In this document: positions 11,741-24,445 of the stretch, piece by piece
Numbering within the stretch: position 1 is the first letter of the stretch
Layout of the letters: the number at the start of each line of letters is the position of its first letter
DNA from: Felis catus
Lineage: Eukaryota
Direction: 5' to 3'
NCBI RefSeq assembly: GCF_018350175.1
Contig: NC_058383.1
Span: forward strand, 11,286,001 to 11,350,000
Length of the DNA stretch: 64,000 nucleotides
Notes under the pieces: model-generated
Seen by the model: only the letters and a program-made list of their open reading frames with translations
What the model was told of the DNA's origin: nothing
The model's database searches: none
Translations under genes and position numbers: made by a program

Positions 11741-12055
11741 AGCTCACCCTGCATGGTGGGGACGAGATCAGGGAGGGGCCCCTAAGTAAGGCAGGGCTCA
11801 GCCTGGTAAAGGGGGCAGGAGGGGCGTGTCGGGCAGAGCAGGACTGGGAGCCACAGAGGTGAACTGGCCTCCTGAGTGTGGGGACTGTAGGCGCCTGGTA
11901 CTTGGTGTGGCAGCCCCCAGCAGGGGCGGGGCGGGGGTAGGCAGGGGCCGCTTACGGAGGCTCTTGCGGCTGTCCTCAGGACAGTCCCTGAAGCAGGAAT
12001 GTGACTCACACTCCTCCTCAGCACCCCGCACGGTGCCTGGGGCGTGCATAGTAGA

Positions 12056-12449
12056 CGCATTAATGTGCTCTGGCCGCCAGGAGAGAGCACCTCAGACTGG
12101 GCGGCTTGAACAACAGAAACCTATTTTTCCACAGTTCTGAGGCTGGAGTGGCAGTTGGTTTCTCGTGAGGTCTCTCCCTTGGCTTTCAGATGGCCACCTC
12201 CTTCCTGTGTCCTTGTGTGTGGTCTTTCTTCCGTGTCTGTGCCTCCCTGGTGTCCCTTTGTGTGCCCGGATTTCCTCCTCTTATAAAGACACCAGTCAGA
12301 TTGACCTAGGGCATCCCCCTGAGGGCCTCATTTTAACTGAATCACCTCTGCGAAGACTCTGTCCCCAAATACGGTCACACTCTGAGGTGCTGGGAGTTAG
12401 AGATCCAATCTGTATATCTGAGGGCAGGAACATAATTCAGCCCATCACA
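12056..12449 (-). mobile_element. MLT1A-type MaLR solo LTR
   Basis: cagactgggcggcttgaacaacagaaac...ttataaagacaccagtcagattg...cataattcagcccatcaca; 5-bp TSD gtaga/gtagg; splits an L2 3' end. Confidence 0.85.
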
Positions 12450-12500
12450 GTAGGACTTCATAAAGAGTGAATGAACGAACGAATGAATGAATGAATGAAG
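12450..12500 (+). mobile_element. L2 tail with (GAAT)n
   Basis: Continues the L2 3' end begun at ~11980-12055 (gcacggtgcctgg...catagtag). Confidence 0.55.
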
Positions 12501-14199
12501 TGTGTCAGAGGAGGTGTAGATGTTCATTTTTGTGTGCTGAGGGAGTAAGTGAAGGAGTGTTGCGGGTGTCTCTGTCGTAAACGGGAGGGCACAGGCGGAG
12601 GGACGGGCTCAGATGATTCTCCAAGTGACAGTCCTCTCTGGTTGGGGCTCTCCCCTGTCATCTCCTTCTGTTCTCTGTGACATCCCACCTGGGAGCATGT
12701 GACACAGCAGCCGATGCTCTCGGTGGGGCAGCCGTCTTTCTGCTGAGCCCACGGCGGTACCTGCGAGCACCGATGACATCTCCCACCCCTGGCAGTGACA
12801 CGGTCCTCTTCCTGTGAGAGCAGGGACAGGGGCCTGGGGGCTTGGAGGTGGCTCCCCTTTCACGATAGGGCTGCAGCATTTCTTAACCAGACTAAGTCTA
12901 GTTTAATCTTTAAGAGCCAGAAAGGACAAGCCAACTTCTGTAAGACGCTTTGGGGAGGAGCCACAAAACCATCAGCAGGTCAGATGCTAGAAGTTCTTTT
13001 CTTTTCTTTTTCTGTTCCCCTTCTTTAAAAAACATGGGCAAGGCTTTCTTCTCCTCCGTGAAAATGACGTTTCCACTGAGATGGGATATTGAAAGAGCAG
13101 ACTGATCCTGGGTCAGGGGAATCAGCCAGAGTGGGGACTTCATCCCTGTGCAATAAACTCCAGCCAGAATTGCCCTCCCCTGTTGCATGCTGGGAAATGG
13201 GTCTCAGTTGCTGTGATAATCAGTACGTCATAGGACATAAGAGGTAATTTCCGAGCTCTAGGGAATGAGGTGTTTTCCAACAAGCCCGGGTGACTGTGTG
13301 GAGGGAGGGCCGCCGGGAGGAGGGAAACGACCTCATCCATTCCCGGGTATTCCCCAAGGAGGAAAAGCCCTGAACACAGAGCAGGCCTGGATACAAAAGC
13401 AAATGTACTTGAACTTCTGTGGGTTAGGCTGAAACGTACATATATTGGATGATTCTTTCACACGTTACAAGCTAAGTTTGGATGGCAGTGATGGCGTTGA
13501 TGGGGCTTGGGGTTGTGTGCCTCCTAGGGGGCCAGTTTTAACCAATGGATTTAGCAGGAGGAAATTCCCGAAATTGAGGAAGGCCCAGCTGAGGGTCAGC
13601 AGAGACCCAAGAAAGGCCACACCGGAAATTACTTGTTCGGTGGACAGGCCCTGGGGAGGCAGGTCAGACTCCGGAGATGCTGCTCGGGAGAGGGCATGGG
13701 CAGGCCCGCCGGCTACGGTTATGTGGTTTGTGCACTGAAACAAAGGCAACTGGGAGAAGGGTGGGCGAGGGCTGAATTCCAGTGTGCATTTTGCCCACTG
13801 AGTCACGCACCATGATGCAGGCCTGCTTCGACTCAGAGGACGGGGTAACGTTTTCTTCGTACCAAGTTTCCTTCGCTTCCCAGGCTATGTGTAGATGGGA
13901 CCGGGTCTCCTGAGAAGGAGCACTCTTCTGCAGTTTGCAGAAGGCCGTGGTTTAGGTTGGCAGGGTCTTGGCATATGGGCCCAAACCCTTGAATTCTGCC
14001 AGGTGAGGGTAGATGGCCCACACCCCGAGGCCCGGATGATGCCCCCGCTCCCTTGAGACACCAACAACACTCTTCTTCCGAGGCAGCTTCGGGACCATCT
14101 TAGAAAATGGCCATCAAACTAGTTTTCAGGGCCCTGGCCTTCTGCCACACCACGCTGTCTGTCGTTCAGGGCCGGAACACGGGTAATTAATGAAAATTT

Positions 14200-14320
14200 T
14201 TTTCCTTGACATACAAAACATAACATGAAACTCGCCACCTTACTAACGTTTACGTGTCCAGTTTGGTCGTGTGATATGTACTCACGTTGTTGCATGGTCT
14301 GCTGCAGGAGACCTCCAGAC
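14200..14320 (-). mobile_element. L1M 3' terminal fragment
   Basis: acataacatgaaactcgccacct...gtgtccagttt...tactcacgttgttgca. Confidence 0.45.
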
Positions 14321-16143
14321 GGGCAGAGAACCGCCCTTCTCCGCATGCCTTGGAGAAGACGCACAGACGCCCTCGTTGTTTACCCGTGACAAGGGCACAC
14401 CCAGACCTTCCACATGTCCATTTTTGTCCCTCATAAGTGATTAGCTGAAATGCTGTCCCCACGAACCGATGAGAACAAAGTGCTTTGGCGAACCTTCTCC
14501 CCTCCCAGGCTCCTGAACCTTGGTAGCAGACGGCCCCTCCTGAGAGGAGGCTGGCTTTGGAGTCCAGCATTCTCCGGTCTGCCATCCGATCGCCTCACCC
14601 CCTTCCCCCCGCGGGGTTCTTTCGAACTTTCCTCTGAAAGGAAAACTCTCCTCGCTCAACTCTTGGGAAGCTTGCAGACCTTATGGTCAGAGCATTCTCC
14701 CTTTCGCAAACGTCCCCTCGCCTCCTATTGGGACCGTCCTTCCCCTCTCCCCGCAATAACCCTTTTGCATGAAAGTTTTCTATGCTGAGTCCGGATTTGT
14801 TTTGACTTGACGATGCTACGGGAGCCCGTGGGCTCCTGTTAGGGGGACGCACCAGGACGGGCTCCTCTGTCCTTCTGCTGATTCCCACGTGACACGTAGA
14901 CCTGTACTAGCGGTCGGGGAGGCCTAGAACGCTGCCCCTGAGCTCAGATCTGGGCGCACAGCATCCTCGCCTGGCCTGCCCTCAGGCACCTAGCGGGTGG
15001 GACTTGTTTCACCATTGGGTGGCATGGTCTTTGGCACCGATGACCTCCTAATGGGAAGTAGAGGCAGGGGCTCGCATGACTAGGGCTTTGGTGCAGCATC
15101 TGGTCCCTTAGGCGGCAGTGGAAAGAACTTCCAGTTTAGGTGTCACAAATAACACCAGCGAGGTCCCAATCTACAATCCTCAGCCACGCTTTATTTATTT
15201 ATTATCATTGTTTCTTTATTGATTGGTGCAAAAAGGCGATTTGATTAAAGCAGGGGGACAGGACCCGTGGGCGGAAAGAGCGGCCTCAGCCACGCCGTAG
15301 AACCCCCTTCCCGGCCCTTATTTTCATTTTCCGGTGGCGCTTCGAGAACCATCACCTGCCGGCTCCCGGCTCTCCCTTCCCTGGGGCTGGTGTTTGCGTC
15401 CCCACGCCGCCCCTTTTCCCTCTCGCGGCTTTTCATTACGTGGATCAATTTAGCTTCTTTTCACTTGGCATCACACGTATCCCAGAACCAGCTGACAAAG
15501 ATTTTTTTTTCTTTTTTTAAAGCAGGATGGGGGAGAGGCGGTGAGATGGGAGGAGGTTGAGGACATCCCACCTGTCCGTAAGTCCTGCCCCGCCACATCA
15601 CAATCCGGGGCCCGGTGGGAAAGGGGCCTGAGGACAGGTCCCCGCACAGTGCTCTGGTGGTGTGGGGGCGAGCGGGTCACCGGGCTTTCTCAGGTGCGTC
15701 CCCCCCGCTAATCCATCTGTCCCGGATGCAGCCCGAGTGCAGACTTAGAGCCCCACACACCGCGCTCGGGGTCAGCCTCCAGATGCTCAGTCAGATGACT
15801 CTGATCCGTGAACATATCTGTTACGAGCCAGTTCAGCCTCCAGCGACTGGTGGGTGAATTAGAGCCTGGAGAGCCATGAACCTAACGGAGAGGTGGAGGG
15901 GCACAGAGCCTTCTCGCCCCCACCCTGCAGAAGCGCCCCTCTGGGGCCCTTTAGTCGCAGCGGTGTGCGAGGTTGATGGGGCTTGGCCAGCTGCCGCGGG
16001 CTGGCTGCGTGGGGTGAGCTTATTAAAAACTCCTCATGTTGGCTCATCCGGCTGCAGAGCCAGCTTGTGGTCCTTTCCCAGGACCCCGGCCACGGTGGCA
16101 GCTGGCAGTCAGCTTGCTTCATTACCAGAAGGCTGTGGAGGTA

Positions 16144-16144
<1 letters not shown>

Positions 16145-16182
<38 letters not shown>

Positions 16183-16203
16183 GCACGCACGCACACATGC
16201 ACA
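16145..16203. repeat. (CA)n/(CACG)n microsatellite
   Basis: Direct observation. Confidence 0.95.
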
Positions 16204-16349
16204 AAGGCATTTGTTGCTTCAGAAAGTCATTTACCGGGCACTTGCTCCACACAGGGTGCCGGATACAGGGGTGAATAACGCCCGGACCCCAGACTTAAAA
16301 TTTGCATCTTCTCCAGGGATGTCCGTGTTTGTGTAATGAACTGTTGGTG

Positions 16350-16640
16350 CTATTTGCCCATGCTGCCGTGGGTAGTTGCATTCTGGTGGAGGAATGTATC
16401 ATGCTTTGGGCACCTGTTCTCCGGCAGATAGATGTGGGAAACCCATTTCGCCGGTCACGGTGACTACAGTTGGTGTATAACTTTTTTGTGGATACGTGCA
16501 GTCATGTCCGTTGGGTTCGTACCTAGGAGCAGAGGTGCTGGGACGTAGGGTAGGAGTGTTTTTAGCTGTAGCGGGTGCTGTCCGGTAGGTTTGCAAAGGG
16601 GTCCAACCATTTTTTTCTTCCCATAGGGTGTGTGTGAGAT
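16350..16640 (-). mobile_element. Old L1ME-type fragment
   Basis: ttttgtggatacgtg...ttgggttcgtacctaggagcagaggtgctggga...tttgcaaagggg. Confidence 0.55.
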
Positions 16641-17100
16641 GGAGTGCGCATGAATCGATGCTGACTGTATGCTGGGGACCGGGCTGTGGTCACTGAAGGC
16701 TTCATTCCTCTCATTTTGCACATCAGGGGACAGAGGCCGAGGTGGTAGAGGGAGGTGGCTGATGTCCCCCAGCAAGCCGACGGCAGAGAGGAAACCTAGG
16801 GCCGGTGCTCTGTGGACTCTCCTATGCCGTTGGCCCGCCAGCACAGGTGGCCTGTCCGATCACCAGCTGGTAAGCCTGTGCGGGGGATCATAGGAGCCCG
16901 GGACCCACCAGTTGCAGTGTTGGAAGCCCAGGGAACTGACAGATGCCGATCACCCCACCAGCACACAGCCAGCACCCCACAGAGCAAGCCTCCAACACTA
17001 TGGCATCCTTCACGGCGCTCGTTCCTAATGGACATGGGTCCTCAAGTGCCCTTCGGATTACAATTTGAGGCATGACTTCTCTGCGATGGCCGCTCGCTTT

Positions 17101-17150
17101 CTTTTCTTTTCTTTTCTTAGTAAAAAAATTTTTTTTAGTGTTTATTCATT

Positions 17151-17190
<40 letters not shown>

Positions 17191-17358
17191 CGAGCGAGCA
17201 CGAGCAGGGGAGGGGCAGAGAGACAGGGAGACACAGAATCTGAAGCAGGCTCCAGGCTCTGAGCACAGAGCCTGACGCGGGGCTCGAACTCGGGAACCAT
17301 GAAATCATGACCTGAGCCGAAGTTGGACGCTTAACCGATGGAGCCGCCCAGGCGCCCC
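17101..17358 (-). mobile_element. CanSINE
   Basis: SINEC in reverse; TSD tggccgctcgcttt / tggctgctcacttt (CpG decay). Confidence 0.95.
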
Positions 17359-17404
17359 TGGCTGCTCACTTTTAAACATGATGCTCACCTTGACTTTCTT
17401 ACTT

Positions 17405-17500
17405 TTCATTTAAAAAAATTTTCAAAACGGAGATATAATTAACATATGAGATTGTATTCGTTTTAGGTGCACCACCCAATGATTTGGTCTATGAATATTG
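17405..17500 (-). mobile_element. Short L1 3' tail fragment
   Basis: gagatataattaacata...ttttaggtgcacca...aatgattt. Confidence 0.45.
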
Positions 17501-17571
17501 ACCCTGACTTTCTACATTATGACCTCTGTTAGCACCTCTTGCTGACTGTTGCAGCAGAAGTTGGTGGCCCC

Positions 17572-17936
17572 TGGTATAGGCTGAATTGTGTCCCCTTAAA
17601 AGTCATATATTGCAGCCTTAACCCCCAGAATCTCGGAACGTGACTGTATTTGGAGACAGGTTCTTTAAAGAGGGGATTAAGTTGAAATGAGGTCCTTAGT
17701 GTGGGCTCCCGTCTAACCTGACTGGTGTCCTTAAGAGGGCGAGATTAGGACGCAGACAAAGACAGAGGGACGACCATGAGAGGACACTGGGAGAAGAGGA
17801 CCATTCACAAGCCACAGACAGAGGTCTCAGGAGGTCCCAACTCTGCCGAAACCTGGATATGACTTCTGCCTCCAGAACCGTGGGGAAATGGGCGCTGTAG
17901 GGGTAATGGGTGTGGCAAGTCTAGCTGACGAATACA
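17572..17936 (+). mobile_element. MLT1A/B-type MaLR solo LTR
   Basis: tggtataggctgaattgtgtcccc...gtgactgtatttggagacagg...gactggtgtccttaagag...aataca; TSD gcccc/gcacc. Confidence 0.88.
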
Positions 17937-18362
17937 GCACCCCCTGGTGCCTCCTGGGCACTTGCCTTATTCTTGGCCCTACCAGACTCCCGGAAGCCAG
18001 TGCTGTTCCTTCTCCTACAGGCTTTCTCTGGGCAGTCCCAGTAGGCCCTCAGTGCTGGAGAATTACCCCCAGCCCTCCAGCAGCCCTTACCAATGGCGGT
18101 GGGAGTTGGAGGGAAAACCGTCCAGACGCCTCATCCCTCAGATGGGAAAACTCTAAGATGCCTATTCTGTGTGGTGTCCCAGAAGTCCCTACAGGGTCCG
18201 GTTCCACTGCCCACACTACTACCCTGCTTGATAACTCACCCTTTGTCGTTTGCCTTCCATTCGCTGTCTCTGGCCAGAGCTCCCTAGGGTCACCTCCCTG
18301 ATAGGCCTCTTACGTCTCAATCCTTGTCTCAGGCTCTGCTTCGGGGGACCCAAACTAAGAGA
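17937..18362 (+). mobile_element. LTR16-like ERVL solo LTR (5' stub at ~17548-17571)
   Basis: 3' end ctcaatccttgtctcaggctctgcttcgggggacccaaactaaga; internal cagcagcccttaccaatg...ggagttgga. Confidence 0.6.
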
Positions 18363-19349
18363 ACGGCAGTTTGGAGTTTCTTTCCGATTCCAAGCCCCCG
18401 CCCCGATCCACACTCCTTGGAGCTGGGCTCAGGCCTTGGGGTCCCCTCCCTCTGTGCGACCCCTGAGCCACCACTCCTGCAAGCTGTGTATAGCCAGTGC
18501 TATGCACGCTGTCCAGGCATTCTAGACCGCACCCAGGAGGCTGGTCCCCAAACCGTCCTTGAGCCAGCAAATGTCTCCTGGTACAAGACGGACAGGGCTG
18601 AAACGAATCAGACAACACAGGCCAGAACTGAGGGAATCGTCCAGTCCGCCTGGGGACACACGTCCTTTTGGGAAATCCCTGAACTAGACCAAACATAATA
18701 ACCCTTACCTAACATGCCGATCGGCTTCCTGTGGGCCTTTTCTTACACTTTCTTTTCCTTCCTCCATCTTCCTTTCGTGCTGTCTCGATGCTTCAGTGTA
18801 GTGTCTCCAGCTTATTTTCCTGTGGGGCCACCTCTTCTTGTACACAGGGGGGTTCAAGAGCGGATGGAGGCATTTTCCTCTGAATCACAACTGCATCCCG
18901 CAGGCAGGTAGTGGTTCTCTTCCAGGGATTTTTATTCCCGGTTCATCAAGTCCTTTATCAAGGTGAAGGCGAGGCTGTCAGAAGTCTGCTTATCTGCGGG
19001 AGCTGGAGGCCTAGGAGCCGTCCTTATTTATAGGCTCCCGAGAATGTCCATGATATTGGGGAAGAAATAAAATTGCATGGAACTGGGTGACACCTGAGCG
19101 CCGGGTTGGCCCGAAGGCGGCGGAAAGTCAGCCAGACTGGGTCCAAATGACAGATGTGCTCCTCTTAGCTGGTGCGATCTGGGGCAAGTGACCTTTCTGA
19201 GCCTCTCTAGAGGAGAAAGCCAGCACCCCTGTCGGAGGGCCACTGGGAAGGTGACAGGGGATGATGTGTCTGAGGCACACAGCTAGTGGTTTGCGGGGAG
19301 AGTTCTGCCTGCTTCTCCCTGTGACCTGAATCAGGGGCCTTGAGTCCTT

Positions 19350-19521
19350 CATTAAATTAAAAAAAAAGTTCAGCTGTATTGAGGTAATAATGGATGTCCT
19401 AATAAAATGCATTTATTTTAGGGATGCAGCGTGGCGAGCTTCAGTAAGTCCACTCACGTAACTGGTACGCTGACCAGGGTGCAGAACACTTTTACCGCCT
19501 CCAAAGGTCCCCCCATGCCTC
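19350..19521 (-). mobile_element. L1M 3' end, left piece
   Basis: cagctgtattgaggtaata...cagaacacttttaccgcctccaaaggtccccccatgcc. Confidence 0.6.
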
Positions 19522-19747
19522 TTTTTTTTTTTAAATTTTTTTTTTTAACGTTCATTTATTTTTGAGACAGAGAGAGACAGAGCATGAATGGGGGAGGGTC
19601 AGAGAGAGGGAGACACAGAATCTGAAACAGGCTCCAGGCTCCGAGCTGTCAGCACAGAGCCTGACGCGGGCCTTGAACTCACGGACCGCGAGACCGTGAC
19701 CTGAGCCGAAGTCGGCCGCTTAACCGACTGAGCCACCCAGGCGCCCC
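19522..19747 (-). mobile_element. CanSINE (young)
   Basis: Near-consensus; TSD cccc(ca/tg)tgcctcttt. Confidence 0.96.
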
Positions 19748-19769
19748 TCCCCTGTGCCTCTTTATGGTC

Positions 19770-20149
19770 TGTATGAGTCTGCAAGAGCTGCGGTGACAAG
19801 TCCCACAAACTGAGTGGCTTCAACAACGGACGTTTACCGTCTGTTGGCTCTGGAGGCTGGAAGTCAGGATCAAGGCTCGGCAAGCTTGGTTCCTTCGGAG
19901 GGTCTGTCCTGGGCCCCTCTCTTTGGCTTGGGAACGGTGTCCTCACATTGTCTTCCTGCTATGTGTGTCTCGTGTCCATAGTTCCCCTTTCTGTAAAGCT
20001 CCCATTCATACCGGACGAGCCATCTCATGCCCTCATTTGCACTTGATTACCTCCGTGACGACTGTCTCCAAACGAGGTCACGTTCTGAGGTATTGGCTGT
20101 CAGGACGTCATCGTACACATTTGGGGGGGACGTGGCTCAGCTCGTGCTG
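19770..20149 (-). mobile_element. MLT1B-type MaLR LTR
   Basis: cacaaactgagtggcttcaacaac...ctctggaggctggaagtc...tctccaaacgaggtcacgttctgaggta. Confidence 0.8.
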
Positions 20150-20460
20150 TAGCCAACACGCCACCTCCACCCCAGGAAATCACCGATTGGCTTTCTGTCA
20201 CCATAAGTTAGTTTTTCCTGTTTTACAGCTTCGTATAAATGGGATCATATAGAATATGCTCTTTTGAGTTCTTTGGCTCAATGTGCCGTTTTCGAGAAGG
20301 ATTCGTGTTACTAAGAATATCAGTGGGTGATTCCTTTTCTGCCGCCCGGTAGCCTTCCACTGAATGATTAGGCCGCATTTTGTGCATCTGCTCACCTGTC
20401 CACGGACAGGTGGGTTGTTTCCTGGAACCGTTTGGACCATGATCCAAAGTGTAAGAAATA
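20150..20460 (-). mobile_element. L1M 3' end, right piece
   Basis: ctttctgtcaccataagttagtttttcctg...tataaatgggatcatatagaatatg...ggacaggtgggttgtttcc. Confidence 0.7.
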
Positions 20461-21006
20461 GAATTTGCATTTACATATACATGCTCACACGTATGCATGT
20501 ATAAACACATAAGAAACGGAAAAAAAAATCATGAATATTTATCCTGCCCATTCATTCCACCCCCCTCCACCTCATAAAATGGTGGATGTAACCGCTAAGT
20601 TGATTATTTGACCCGTAAGTGGGTCATGACCTGAAGTTTAAAATTTTCTCTGGTGGGACGAGTAGAGGCGTAGCTTCTCCGCAGGAAGAGCACAGAAACG
20701 ATGACCACATTCCACAATTTTGGTTTGTCCCTACTTTGTTATATATCTGCTCAACAGCCAGACCGAATCTCAGATACCACAGTAGATGTCCAAATGTCCA
20801 GAAGGACTGTTGGTTAACGTGCAGACTCAGGTTCACAAGAAGACACAGTGGGTCTCTTTGGCCAGGAGTTTTCTTCACGTTCAGCCTCGGTCTCTGATCC
20901 TAAAGATGAGATCCAGAGCTGGCTCCAGTTTTCTGTTGGAAGGTGGGTGGCTTGACCCCTGGCTGCCCAACTCACGAAAGAGGCCCAGTGAGACATGGAA
21001 GGACCG

Positions 21007-21421
21007 TGTTAGTCAAGGTTCGAGTGGGTTATGTTCCATGGTAACAAACAACCCCAACAGCTCAGTGGCTTCACCCTCCCATCACGTTCCCTGAGGGGTT
21101 TGTAACTCTTCAAGTCAACCCTCCTCCATGCGGTGATTCAGCGAGCCAGGCTCCTTTGATCTGGTGGCCCCATTCAATAGGAGCCCTCTTTTATGATCCA
21201 GTGATGGGAGGGGAGATACATGGAGGGTCGCAGCAACTGTTCCGGCTTTCTGTGGTTTGGCCTGAAAGCAGCAGCTGTCACCTTTCCCCCAACTCACTGG
21301 CTATTCCCAGTCTCTAGAACATGGCCCTGCTCTGCTTCCAGGGGACTGACGAGTCCAATGATGTATATACTTGGAAGGGAGGAGCAGTGGTGAACTGGCG
21401 GGTGCCAGCAATGTCTCCATA
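21007..21421 (-). mobile_element. Old MaLR LTR (MLT1I/J/K-like)
   Basis: ggttatg...ggtaacaaacaaccccaacagctcagtggctt...gattcagcgagccaggctcctttgatctggtgg. Confidence 0.6.
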
Positions 21422-22450
21422 GACTTCCAACCTTGAAGATAACTTGCCTCCAGCTCACAGACATCCCTCCCACCCTCCTCACCTGCCGTCACCTGCACAC
21501 ACACGTGCGTCTTCCTGCTCTGTGCTCTGCTTGGTCTGTGAAGCCCACTCCTGCTCCATGAGTAGAGTCTGGAGGACTGGACTCTTGTTCTCCCGAGACC
21601 TTGACTTTGAGCGTATGAAGAATTCACTGGCACCTTGCTCGCCTCTTCGGAAGTAGGTGGGAAGATGGTCTCGGACCAGGGCAGGTGGGGAGTTGAGAAT
21701 GCATTTGGCTGGGTATAGACCTCAGTTGCCTGGCTTATACAAGGACACCGCTGCAGGGCCTGGCTCATCCAGGAGACGAGGCAGGCTCTGTTGGGTCATC
21801 AGCCAACACGCCTTCTGTCTGAAAGTGGACAAGGTCACTGGCACTCTTTTCTATTTCCAGGCTTCTGTGCCAGTCTGAGAACTTCCCAAAGGGAGAGGGG
21901 CTCTGGCTGCACAGCGGGGCCCGTTTCCCCACCTCCCTGCTATGTCCCTCTTTATAGGAAGCTCTATGCACAGGTTTTATGAAAATGTGCCTACAGTGTG
22001 AGTGAGGACATCCTGTGTGCAAGCCTTCTGCTGACTCCAGCAATAAAGAATTCGGGCTTTATTTATAGGACTGCCACCAGGATGTGACAGGAGGAATTGA
22101 GCACGCTGCCAGGGTGCGAAATGAGATTTCCCAGAAAGACTTTCAGTGGGCTAAAGCGGCCTCTGGGGAGTGAAGGAGGAGATGGGCAAGGTGAATCAGA
22201 ATGATCTGGGCGGTGGCCTGTGGTGGCCGACCCCCCTCCTCTAGACGGGGAGGTACAGATTCTTCTTGGGGGCCCTGGGTCTTAGCACCTTCCAACAGAG
22301 CCAGAACAAAAGTGAAAATGTTCAGATTTCTCCCTGAGAGCAAAGTAACCGAGCATATTCTCAATTATCCAGGAGTTTTTTTTGGGGGGACATCTTTGCC
22401 TGGGGCAAATGGATAACCCCTCCTCTCCTCTGTGTTTCCGTCCCCTCTCT

Positions 22451-22587
22451 CCTTCCCTCACCCTTCTTCTCCTTCCCTCACCCTTCTTCTCCTTCCCTCA
22501 CCCTTCTTCTCCTTCCCTCACCCTTCTTCTCCTTCCCTCACCCCTCTTCTCCTTCCCTCACCCTTCTTCTCCTCCTCCTCCTCCTCC

Positions 22588-22619
<32 letters not shown>

Positions 22620-22863
22620 CTCCTCTTCCTCCTCCTCTTCCTCCTCCTCTTCCTCCTCCTCTTCCTCCTCTTCCTCCTCTTCCTCCTCCTCTTCCTCCTC
22701 CTCTTCCTCCTCCTCTTCCTCCTCCTCTTCCTCCTCCTCTTCCTCCTCCTCTTCCTCCTCCTCTTCCTCCTCCTCTTCCTCCTCCTCTTCCTCCTCCTCT
22801 TCCTCCTCCTCTTCCTCCTCCTCTTCCTCCTCCTCTTCCTCCTCCTCTTCCTCCTCCTCCTCC

Positions 22864-22895
<32 letters not shown>

Positions 22896-22930
22896 CTCCT
22901 CCTCCTTCTCCTTCTTCTTCTTCTTCTTCC
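22451..22930. repeat. Compound polypyrimidine array: 6 x 20-bp unit then (CTTCCTCCTCCT)n
   Basis: ccttccctcacccttcttct x6 at 22451-22570; no purine from 22561 to 22930. Confidence 0.97.
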
Positions 22931-23084
22931 ATCCCACAACATTCCAGCTCTCTCGTCTGGGAACCTGCTAGGCCTGCATTTCCTCTCCCATCTGAAGTGA
23001 GTTTTGTCTGTGTCGCTTGCTGTGGCCAGTGGAGAACGCGTGAAAAAAGCTCCAAAGCCAATCCCTGTGCTATCTGCTTCTTTC

Positions 23085-23290
23085 CCCCAACCAAAGTGAC
23101 CAGCAATGCTTGAGACACCCTGGCTGCCCCAGCAGCCTGGACCCCAGAATGAGTATGACACGGAGCCAGTCCCCCAGCTGACTTACACCAGACACATGGC
23201 GAGAAAGAGAACAAACATTGGTTGTTTTGTGTCACTGAGACTTTGAGGTCATTTGTTACGCAGCATCACCTGCCCTGTGCTGACCAATAC
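23085..23290 (+). mobile_element. MLT1I/J-like LTR 3' part
   Basis: agcctggaccccagaatgag...cactgagactttgaggtcatttgttacgcagcat...ctgaccaatac. Confidence 0.65.
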
Positions 23291-24269
23291 GCTCTCCATG
23301 CCAGGACCTTGGGAAGGATGTGTTCTTCTGCAGAAGAGAGTTGAGTGTCCACACTCTTCCTTCAGTGCAGTGCACCCTGGTCCGCTCAGTAATCACGAAG
23401 TGTGGTTCTGGGGGTGCCACAGGAAATGGGCCAACAGGACATGGGTTCTGGAGAGACAGGGATGGGGGAGGGTTCTTTGAGTTGCCAACCGTTATGAGAA
23501 AGCTGTAGGTGGGCCTGACTGAGCTGGGAGCCCCGCTGCCCCGAGTTCCCACCATCAGGATGTTCCAGGGAGAAGCTGGCGTCCCAAAGGGGAGAGTTTT
23601 TCTCATTCTTCGGCAATAAATGATTCTTACCCTTCCAAGTGGCCAGCTCCTATCTGGGGATTTATACAGTGCTCACGGCTGTTGTGGGCTCTCCTCTCTC
23701 TCTTGCTCTGTTTTCCTTGCTGATTGAGGCTTGGAGGAAGCAATTCTTTTTCTGGTGCGGATGAATATGCTTCTAGCCCAAAGTTTAATTTTTTCCTTTT
23801 TAGTTTTGCTGCCTTGACTGTCTGGAGCTTTAGGATTTGAAGCTTGATTCACCTCCTCCTCGAAACCTTACATTTTTTTTCCCCCCGGGAGAGGGCATTC
23901 TGGGGCTTCTGGCTAGAAGGGGGACTGATGAACCTCTGTTGTCCCTCATTCCCCAGTGCCGGTCCCAGCCAGAGGGTGGGGGCGCGGGAGCCTGAGTGCC
24001 ACGCGCCCTAACAGGGAGCACGCCTGCCTCCAGAGGCACTTTTTCCTCATTTGCACAAAGGCAACTTACAGGCTAGCCGCGGCCCTGCCTTTGTCATGGT
24101 CATCCTTGCTGCTGCCCTGTGAATCCATGCCTGGCATTGTCCGGTCAGGCCCGAGGACCCTGACTGGCACGGAGGGGCCGTGGGGCCTCAGAGCAGGCCG
24201 GAGAGGAGCGTGAGCCTAGGCGGGCGACTCGTGAGTTGACTGAAGGCCAAGAGCGAGGCTGACCTCGTG

Positions 24270-24445
24270 TGCAGCAAATGTGACAAGTGTGCATGCACGT
24301 GCACGTGCCCATGTGGGTGCATGCGTGTATGCAAAGCACGCCTGTGGGTGTATGTATATGTGCACGTGTGCGTGTGTGATCGTGCACGTGTGTGGGTGTA
24401 TGTGCACGAGCACACGTGCGTGTGTGTGGGTGTGTGCATGGGCGT
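24270..24445. repeat. Degenerate (TG/CA) alternating purine-pyrimidine tract
   Basis: gtgcatgcacgtgcacgtg...gtgtgtgcatg. Confidence 0.85.

Noticed and set aside
13560..13569. Perfect NF-kB site GGAAATTCCC
   Set aside because: Single isolated 10-mer with no supporting context.
14980..15120. CTCF-like words (ccgctaggtgcc reversed; cccttaggcggcagtg)
   Set aside because: Mismatches in the core; indistinguishable from chance in GC-rich DNA without ChIP data.
22451..22570. Regular 20-bp repeat as a possible CRISPR-like array
   Set aside because: Direct tandem units without unique spacers, in mammalian DNA, with no cas-like ORFs.
22382..23235. Poly-Pro/Ser/Glu/Arg/Gly ORFs
   Set aside because: Translations of the (CCT)n array.
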